32,450 bases of DNA from Vulcanimicrobiota bacterium (lineage in GTDB: Bacteria > Vulcanimicrobiota > Vulcanimicrobiia > Eremiobacterales > Eremiobacteraceae): contig JAFANK010000368.1 in the NCBI GenBank assembly GCA_019232725.1, forward strand, positions 1 to 32,450, given 5' to 3'. A program made the translations under genes and the position numbers. Of this stretch, positions 26,168 through 32,450 are shown piece by piece. Below the pieces are notes generated by a model. It did not search any database. It was not told the DNA's origin and was given only the letters and a program-made list of their open reading frames with translations. Positions within the stretch are counted from its first letter, which is position 1; each line of letters begins with the position of its first letter.

Positions 26168-27055
26168 CTATCTGCTCATCACGAAACGCTCGACCCGCGA
26201 GCGTACGGGATCATCACCGAAGAACACCATGCCTTGCGCGATCGAATCGTGATCGCGGTCGGGCTGCTCGACGTACTCGACCACTGCGCCCGCCTGGCGC
26301 AGCGCTACTGCGAACGCTGCGGAGTCTTCTGCGGGAGCGATCACATCGTCGCGACCGTGGACCACAAGCCAAGCCGGTGGCCCTGCGTGAACGAAACGTG
26401 TCACATCATAACGGCTCCAGGTCTCAACCCGAGGGCCAAAAGCCGTATGATAAAACTGGTTGAGATACTCGGGCAACGTCGCAATCTGATCCGGTTGCGG
26501 AGGGGTGTAACCCAGGCCGGCCATCGTTATCACACCGCTGATGCGCACGCCGCTCCGAACGCGCCCAAGCTCAGGATCGAGCACCGCCAGCGCGACGATC
26601 TCGGCACCCGCCGAATGTCCCATAAGCGAAGTGCGGTCGCCGTCATAGCCATAGATCGCAGCCCTGTGCTGCGTCCAAGCGAGAGCGGTGAGCACGGAAC
26701 CAGCCTGATCGCGCGCGCGGATCTGCGGCCCCATCGGGTAATTGACGTTCGCGACTGCAATACCGCAGCCCGACAAATGTCGCGCGATAACGCCATAGGT
26801 CGCTTTGTCGCCACTACTCCAGCCGCCACCGTGAACCAGTACGAGTAGCGGTTCGCCGGCTAACCGCTGTGGGACGAACAGATCGAGCACTTGTTGGGGG
26901 CTGCTGCCGTATGCGATGTTATGCAAGCGGGTGACGTCAGGTGTTGGTTGCACGCAGGGCGACGGCACTGCTTGCTGTCCGGAACGGTGCGCGCAGGCCA
27001 TCGCTGCCAGCGATACGCTTACGAGGAACGCACGGCCTAGGCGCGCACCCGCCAC
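26168..27055 (-). CDS. secreted alpha/beta hydrolase (esterase/lipase, HGGG-type)
   Basis: The oxyanion-hole motif HGGGW and the nucleophile elbow GHSAGA are present. The GTG at 27055, 4 nt after the upstream stop, gives a signal- or lipoprotein-like N-terminus (VAGARLGRAFLVSVSLAAMAC). The track start at 27169 lies inside the upstream gene. Confidence 0.8.
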   Translation of the reverse strand: MAGARLGRAFLVSVSLAAMACAHRSGQQAVPSPCVQPTPDVTRLHNIAYGSSPQQVLDLFVPQRLAGEPLLVLVHGGGWSSGDKATYGVIARHLSGCGIAVANVNYPMGPQIRARDQAGSVLTALAWTQHRAAIYGYDGDRTSLMGHSAGAEIVALAVLDPELGRVRSGVRISGVITMAGLGYTPPQPDQIATLPEYLNQFYHTAFGPRVETWSRYDVTRFVHAGPPAWLVVHGRDDVIAPAEDSAAFAVALRQAGAVVEYVEQPDRDHDSIAQGMVFFGDDPVRSRVERFVMSR

Positions 27056-27059
27056 CGCG

Positions 27060-28625
27060 TCACACTTCGAAGGAAGCAATATCGCCGAGCGCCTTGCGCA
27101 AACTCCCGGATGCCAGCGCAGTGACGATGACGGCGCTCGACGCCAAGCCCAACGCCACCGCGCGGTCACCGTGCACTAGCACGCGCGTTGCCCCGAGTGC
27201 GCCGGCACAGAGCGCCAGCGTGCCGACCCCCGCAAGAAACGGCAAGATCATGCGGACGCCGCGATTGATCGCGTTCGGGTTATCCCACGAGAACGACGGA
27301 AATGTGGTATCGAAGACCAGCCCGTAGCAGACCGAGCAGGCGGACATCAGCAGCGCAAAACCCAACACAGCAAACGTGGCCTTGAGATCAAAACCGTAGC
27401 CATAGGCCAGCGCAGCCGCGCCAAACGAGACGACGATCGCCGTCTGACCCCAGGCCACGACGAACTTGTCTCGCAAGATGTCCCCTGGTGTGAACGGCAA
27501 CGCGCGCAGAAGCCACACCGCCCCGCGTTCGAGTGATAGCGCGGTCATGCCGGGGTTCAGGCCGGCAAGTATCGCGACGAAACCGATCTGCACCATGGCG
27601 AGTTGCACGGTCAGCGGCAACAGCGGCGTGGACACCCTATGGCCAACGAGCAAGTAGCCCACAAAACCTAATGAGGTGATGTGGCTGAACCATAGCTGCG
27701 GCGTACGGATGAATGTCCACGCATCCTTGCGGCACAATGCCACCCACGGCAGCGAACTGTGTTGCGGACGCTGCACCTTGCGCACCTGACGCCGTGCGAC
27801 CGTGATCGATTCGCTCCAACCGTGAGCGAACGTCTGCGCGATGAAGGCCAAGGCTGCCGGGCACAGGACGACGGCCGCGAAAAGCAAGAAGCCGAACCAG
27901 ATGAGTGCCACCTCCATTCGCCCCATGACAAGGGCTGAGAGGACATTGCCGATCCACGTGCTTGGCAACCAGACGGGCGGCGACGGCAACTGCAAGGTCG
28001 CGATGTCGCCGTTGGCACGGGCGATGCCCGAGAAACTTGCGACCCAGAAGACCGTGGGGACGATCGCTCCCAACAACCACAAAGCTTCCTTCGCTTGATG
28101 CGAGGGGACGTAGCGCAGCGCCAGGATGGTGACCGCGGCAAGCACCGCATACAGCATTGCGGGGAACACCGCTGTGCCGACGATCGCGATAGGATACGTC
28201 CAAACGCTCGCATGCGTGCCGACGAGATATCCGAGGACGAACGGCAATAAGAACGCGGCCACATAGATCTCGTTTTGCACGACGCCACTTACGAACTTGG
28301 CAACGACGATCGATGACGTCCGCAGCGGCATGGTCAAAAGACCCGGCATGTCCGCCGCCAGGTAAAGGTCTCCTAGCGCTTGTCCGAAAGCGATGAAGAT
28401 GTCGGTGAACAGGTACACCAAAAACGCCCATGCCGGGATACTCCATAAGAGCCGCCAGGCGTGCGCATCGGCCAGTGCGCTTGCGCCGAAATACGTTCCG
28501 ACAAAGATAACGCAGAAGAGCACGCTCCCGGCCCCGATCGCGACGGCGTACACGGCACGGCTCGACCAATCACGCTTGGCAGCGAGCGAGCGCTGGCGCA
28601 CGATCTGCCAGCTCAGATACGCCAT
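27060..28625 (-). CDS. ABC transporter permease-like membrane protein, internally duplicated (about 12 TM)
   Basis: 521 aa, highly hydrophobic. The two halves share a motif (LLTMPLRTSSIVVAKFVSG versus LLRALPFTPGDILRDKFVVA). It lies 47 nt downstream of the ABC ATPase gene. Confidence 0.7.
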   Translation of the reverse strand: MAYLSWQIVRQRSLAAKRDWSSRAVYAVAIGAGSVLFCVIFVGTYFGASALADAHAWRLLWSIPAWAFLVYLFTDIFIAFGQALGDLYLAADMPGLLTMPLRTSSIVVAKFVSGVVQNEIYVAAFLLPFVLGYLVGTHASVWTYPIAIVGTAVFPAMLYAVLAAVTILALRYVPSHQAKEALWLLGAIVPTVFWVASFSGIARANGDIATLQLPSPPVWLPSTWIGNVLSALVMGRMEVALIWFGFLLFAAVVLCPAALAFIAQTFAHGWSESITVARRQVRKVQRPQHSSLPWVALCRKDAWTFIRTPQLWFSHITSLGFVGYLLVGHRVSTPLLPLTVQLAMVQIGFVAILAGLNPGMTALSLERGAVWLLRALPFTPGDILRDKFVVAWGQTAIVVSFGAAALAYGYGFDLKATFAVLGFALLMSACSVCYGLVFDTTFPSFSWDNPNAINRGVRMILPFLAGVGTLALCAGALGATRVLVHGDRAVALGLASSAVIVTALASGSLRKALGDIASFEV

Positions 28626-28672
28626 TTCGGCGGTGCTCGAGCGCGATCTCGAGGAGGCCCCGGTAACGGAGC

Positions 28673-29431
28673 TCAGATGATCTCCGCGAGACGGCGCTCT
28701 TCCGGCGTGCCGGTCAAACCCAAGAACAGGTCCTCGAGCGTCTCGTCACCGCGAGCGATGCGAAGCTCTGCGAACGAGCCGATCGCCACGATGTGCCCAT
28801 GATCGATGATCGCGACGCGGTCGCACAGCGCTTGCGCGATCTCCATGATGTGCGTCGACATGAAGATGGCGCCGCCGGCCGCTGCCACCTCCCGGAGAAT
28901 GCTCTTCAACAGTTTGGCGCTGCGCGGGTCTAAACCGACCGTTGGCTCATCTAAGAAGTAGATTTTCGGCTCGTGCAGCAGCGCGGCGCAGAGCACGACT
29001 TTCTGCTTCATCCCGTGAGAGAATCCACCAAGTAGCCCATCGGCATCGTCGCTCAATCCGAACAACTCCAGCAGCTCGCCTATGCGCCGCTGCTTTTTGG
29101 CCGCGCTCATGCAATAGACATCGCCGACGAAGTCCAGAAATTCCCACGCCGTGAGTTTGCCATAGACTTGTGGTTCGTCGGGCACGTAGCCGAATGTGCG
29201 CTTGGCCTGCAGCGGCTGTTTGACGATATCAAAACCCGCTAGACGAGCATACCCGGCACTCGGCCGCACGAGACCGGTCAGCATCTTGATGGTCGTGGTT
29301 TTCCCCGCACCATTCGGGCCGAGAAAACCGAAGATCTCGCCGGGCTCGACTGCGAACGAGATGCCGTTAACGGCTACGGTCGACCCGAAGCGCTTGCTGA
29401 GGCGGTCGACCTCGATGAGCGGCGTTGTCAT
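28673..29431 (-). CDS. ABC transporter ATP-binding protein (ABC-2/DrrA-like)
   Basis: 252 aa with Walker A GPNGAGKTT, a variant signature FSHGMKQKV, Walker B IYFLDEPTVGLD and an H-loop STH. Confidence 0.9.
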   Translation of the reverse strand: MTTPLIEVDRLSKRFGSTVAVNGISFAVEPGEIFGFLGPNGAGKTTTIKMLTGLVRPSAGYARLAGFDIVKQPLQAKRTFGYVPDEPQVYGKLTAWEFLDFVGDVYCMSAAKKQRRIGELLELFGLSDDADGLLGGFSHGMKQKVVLCAALLHEPKIYFLDEPTVGLDPRSAKLLKSILREVAAAGGAIFMSTHIMEIAQALCDRVAIIDHGHIVAIGSFAELRIARGDETLEDLFLGLTGTPEERRLAEII

Positions 29432-29591
29432 GTCTACTGCTTACAATATCGGCTTTCGCTTGCAAATGAAAGAGCGGCAGCCGTAGGGCGAACGGATGCC
29501 GCTCACTTGTAGTACGTATCCAGCGGTGGAATGGTTCGACCAGGCGCTGGATGGGGCTAGGACAATCCTCACGAATGGCTGAGCACCACCT

Positions 29592-30143
29592 GTGGCAAAA
29601 CGCAAATGGGAGATCATCTCCTCCGAATACGTGCTCGAGTCGCCGTGGTATCGCTTGCGGCGAGATGCCTGCCGCTTGCCCGACGGCACGGTAGTCGAGT
29701 CATACTACGTGCGCGAGCACGCGGGTTTCTCGGTGACGTTTGCGATCACGCCAAACGACGACGTGGTCTTCACACGCCAGTACAAACACGGCATCGGTGA
29801 TTTCGTCCTCGAGCTGCCGGCCGGCATGCGTGAGCCCGGCGAGGACGCCGCGACCTGCGCGCGTCGAGAGCTCGAGGAAGAGACCGGCTACATCGCGCCC
29901 GAGTTCGAGCCCGTGGCGGAATTCACGACCGACCCGACAAGCTCGACCGGCACGTTCTCCTTGTTCATCGCGCGTAATGCCGTGCCGCATGGATCGCTGC
30001 GACCCGAAGCCACCGAGAACGTGGACACCATGCTCGTGCCGCTGCACCGCGTCCTCGACCAAGTGCGCAGCCGCCATGTTCGTGCGCAAAGCCAGGTGGC
30101 TTCCATCTACACCGCACTCGACCGCTTGGGCAAGCTTTCTTAA
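29592..30143 (+). CDS. NUDIX hydrolase (ADP-ribose pyrophosphatase-like)
   Basis: 183 aa, GTG start. The Nudix box is GMREPGEDAATCARRELEEETGY. The N-terminal WEIISSEYVLESPWYRLRRD pattern is typical of ADPRase-type Nudix proteins. Confidence 0.85.
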   Translation: MAKRKWEIISSEYVLESPWYRLRRDACRLPDGTVVESYYVREHAGFSVTFAITPNDDVVFTRQYKHGIGDFVLELPAGMREPGEDAATCARRELEEETGYIAPEFEPVAEFTTDPTSSTGTFSLFIARNAVPHGSLRPEATENVDTMLVPLHRVLDQVRSRHVRAQSQVASIYTALDRLGKLS

Positions 30144-30157
30144 ACGCTGTCTCCTCG

Positions 30158-31129
30158 TCAGACGGCCTCAGCGATCAGGCTGCTGAACTTCTCGAGGTCG
30201 ATATTGCCGCCTGAAATGACTGCCACGATGGGTCCCCTGCCGGCCTGACCTGTCAGCGCGGCCGCGACCGGCAGGGCGCCGGCTCCCTCACTGATGACGC
30301 GCGCCTTTTCCGCCAACAAGCGCATCGCCCGTTTCACTTGATCGAGCGTCACGACGATGACGCCATCCACTACCGGCCGCATACGTTCCCACATGCGCGG
30401 GAACACGCTCTGCCCGCCTGCGCCATCGACAAATGATGCTGTCCACTGCGGGAACGCTTTCGGTGATCCCGCCGCGAACGATGCTGCCGCCGGCGCAGCG
30501 GTCTCGGGTTCCGCACCCCAAACCTTTACCTTCGGCCGCAGCGCGCGCATGGCACTGCCGACACCCGTGATGAGCCCACCGCCGCCGATGCCGCAGATGA
30601 TCGCTTCTGTATCCGGCGCATCTTCAAGGATCTCGAGCACCATGGTGCCGTGACCGGCGATGAAGTTGTCGTCATCAAATGGATGGATAAATGTTCCCTC
30701 GACGCCGGGATAGGAACGTTGCTCGAGCGCCTTCCAGCACACCGCATAAGGAGCGAGCACGAGACGCGCCCCCAGCGCACGCATCCGCTCGAGCTTTGAC
30801 GCCGGGGCGTTCTCGATCGCGAGCACCGTGCACGCCACGCCCGCTCGCCGCGCCGCATAGGCAACCCCCTGCCCCGCGTTGCCCGCACTAATTGTCCACA
30901 CGCCGCGAGCACGATCGGCCGGTGGCAGCATTGCGACCGCGTTGGCGGCGCCCCGCAGCTTGTACGCGTTGATCGGCTGGAGGTTCTCAAGCTTGAGCCT
31001 GATGTCGGGCTGATCGGGCCCAAGCTCCAGCCGCACGAGCGGCGTCCTCGCAATTGTGCCCGCGATGCGTGTTCGCGCTGACTCGATCGCGGCCAGTTCG
31101 ATTGGGCGCACGGGGTCAGGGGCGAGCAC
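30158..31129 (-). CDS. PLP-dependent threonine/serine dehydratase family enzyme
   Basis: It has the PLP-lysine motif NAYKLRGA, SAGNAGQGVAYAA and the phosphate-binding loop GIGGGGLITG. The GTG at 31129 lies 2 nt after the upstream stop, with an alternative GTG at 31111. The track start at 31309 lies inside the upstream gene. Confidence 0.85.
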   Translation of the reverse strand: MLAPDPVRPIELAAIESARTRIAGTIARTPLVRLELGPDQPDIRLKLENLQPINAYKLRGAANAVAMLPPADRARGVWTISAGNAGQGVAYAARRAGVACTVLAIENAPASKLERMRALGARLVLAPYAVCWKALEQRSYPGVEGTFIHPFDDDNFIAGHGTMVLEILEDAPDTEAIICGIGGGGLITGVGSAMRALRPKVKVWGAEPETAAPAAASFAAGSPKAFPQWTASFVDGAGGQSVFPRMWERMRPVVDGVIVVTLDQVKRAMRLLAEKARVISEGAGALPVAAALTGQAGRGPIVAVISGGNIDLEKFSSLIAEAV

Positions 31130-31131
31130 GG

Positions 31132-32450
31132 CTATGGTGCTCCGTACCGGATCTCGCCGTCGACGCAGGTCAGCATGACCCGCACATCTTTGATGGCATC
31201 GGGCCTGACATCTTCGAGCCGCTTCTCCAGCACGACGAGGTCGGCAGCCATGCCGGCACGCAGGCGTCCGGTCTGCTGTTCTGCGTACGAAAGCTTTGCG
31301 GCGTCGCACGTGTATGCGCGCAGCGCCTCTTCGATCGTCATGCGCTCGCTCGCAACGTGATGGTTCACTAAACTATGGATGCCGAGCAGCGCGGACATTT
31401 TGGTGATGGGACTGTCCGAACCTCCGCATACGATGCAGCCCTGGTGTTGCGCCGTCCGGCAAAGGTTCATGCCCGTGGCGCGCGAGCCCAAGCGCTGTTC
31501 GTACATGCCGCGCTGGCCGCCCCACAAGTAGTCGAAGGCAGGCTGCATAGACAGGAAGAGCCCGATGCGAGCAGCGCGTTCGATGTGGTCAGGGCGTGCG
31601 ATTTCAAAGTGATCGATCGAGGGCCGCAGACTCTGCAGCGAGCCTCGCTTCCGTGCGACCTCCTCCCATGCCGCGATAGCCTGCTCGATGGCGACGTCGC
31701 CGATGGCATGGACGCCCGGCGACAAACCTGCTTCGGCGGCTTCTTCGAAGAGCATGGCGAGCTGCTCGCGATCCAGGTAGAGCAATCCTTTCCCGGAGCC
31801 ATCGACATAGGTGTCTGACACGGCGGCCGTGCGCGACCCGATCGATCCGTCGACGAAGATGTCACCCCCGAAAACCTTGTTGCCAAGGCGTCGCGCTTTC
31901 TCAACGCTCGTCGTGCATGATTTTGAGACGACGTGCAGCGGCAGGACGGCGTTGTCGATGTAGATCTCGGCAAGCTCCTCATAAGATCGCTCGCCCTCGA
32001 TGACATTGTGCAACGTTGTGATGCCCGCGGCCAACGCGTTTTGCGCAGCGGCGCGGTCAGCACGCCGCAGCGACGTTCGCGGAAGCGTTTGTACGAAGTC
32101 GGCTTGCGCCGCGTAACTCACGGGGCCACGCAGCGTGCCTGTCGGCTCGCCATGCGCGTCGCGGTCGACGCCCTCGGCCCTCGGGTCGACACCAAGGAGG
32201 GCGAGGGCAGCCGAATTCGCGACGCATGAGTGGCCGTCAACTCTGGAGACCACCGTGGGCTTTGTATTGGTCGTCGCATCAAGCTCCTGACGTGTTGGCA
32301 GCCGCGCGTCCGCGAGTGTCGTCTCATCGACATTGCCCGCATAGATCAGCTCTTCACTGCGCGCAAGGACACGGAGACGGTCGAGCACAGCAGTTACGCT
32401 GCGGCATGGCCCGAGGTCGTGGTCGCCCGTCAACAAGCCTGTTGCGGTGA
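31132..32450 (-). CDS. Amidohydro_3 (YtcJ-like) metal-dependent hydrolase, N-terminus off-window
   Basis: The frame stays open to the window edge, upstream of the track TTG at 32436. Motifs: VDGHSCVANSAAL, GVHAIGD, SIDHFEI and GGSDSPI. Confidence 0.8.
   Translation of the reverse strand, partial: TATGLLTGDHDLGPCRSVTAVLDRLRVLARSEELIYAGNVDETTLADARLPTRQELDATTNTKPTVVSRVDGHSCVANSAALALLGVDPRAEGVDRDAHGEPTGTLRGPVSYAAQADFVQTLPRTSLRRADRAAAQNALAAGITTLHNVIEGERSYEELAEIYIDNAVLPLHVVSKSCTTSVEKARRLGNKVFGGDIFVDGSIGSRTAAVSDTYVDGSGKGLLYLDREQLAMLFEEAAEAGLSPGVHAIGDVAIEQAIAAWEEVARKRGSLQSLRPSIDHFEIARPDHIERAARIGLFLSMQPAFDYLWGGQRGMYEQRLGSRATGMNLCRTAQHQGCIVCGGSDSPITKMSALLGIHSLVNHHVASERMTIEEALRAYTCDAAKLSYAEQQTGRLRAGMAADLVVLEKRLEDVRPDAIKDVRVMLTCVDGEIRYGAP

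Noticed and set aside
25886-26848. 320-aa + strand ORF across the start of the ABC exporter gene and the esterase gene
   Set aside because: It is an antisense shadow ORF crossing an intergenic gap, and its composition is Arg-rich. The minus-strand genes have Walker and HGGGW/GHSAG motifs.
1-32450. Mobile elements, prophage or genomic-island boundaries
   Set aside because: I saw no integrase, transposase or recombinase motifs, no long inverted or direct terminal repeats, no tRNA attachment site, and no obvious compositional break by eye.

Overview
High-GC (roughly 60-65% by eye, not computed) bacterial chromosomal segment. It is densely coding, with about 37 protein genes. I saw no rRNA, tRNA, CRISPR, transposase or integrase signatures. 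All family calls come from motif recognition by eye; no HMM or BLAST search was possible.

Gene content, left to right:
- Phosphohexomutase 3' end, nagA and a convergent asparaginase-II gene.
- An eight-gene, membrane-associated MoxR AAA+/DUF58 module. It has DUF4129-like, DUF4350-like, SpoIIM/DUF95-like and RDD partners, plus a polytopic membrane protein and a small secreted protein (2.35-9.8 kb).
- Assorted hydrolases: phosphoesterase, RidA, amidohydrolase, DLH-type hydrolase and a PNPOx-like protein.
- A xanthine-dehydrogenase-family operon (2Fe-2S, Moco and FAD subunits). The FAD subunit carries the extra Cys-x15-Cys-x7-Cys-x8-Cys insertion I associate with 4-hydroxybenzoyl-CoA-reductase-type enzymes. 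A VOC/extradiol-like gene sits inside the operon.
- A Tyr/Asp-rich 30-nt tandem-repeat micro-ORF.
- A non-classical (type-E-like) sdhA-sdhB-CCG-subunit operon with no membrane-anchor genes.
- A cyclophilin gene.
- A 0.65-kb gap holding two small, well-signalled + strand units: a promoter/SD/31-codon sORF/hairpin, then a 72-aa Arg-rich ORF with a canonical terminator.
- A co-directional ABC block: ATPase, 521-aa duplicated permease, secreted esterase and an MsbA-like exporter.
- NUDIX hydrolase, a PLP-dependent dehydratase and a partial Amidohydro_3 gene.

The best candidates for undescribed biology are the MoxR membrane module, the Hcr-like enzyme with its embedded VOC gene, the sORF unit and the repeat micro-ORF. 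None of them can be proven from sequence alone.
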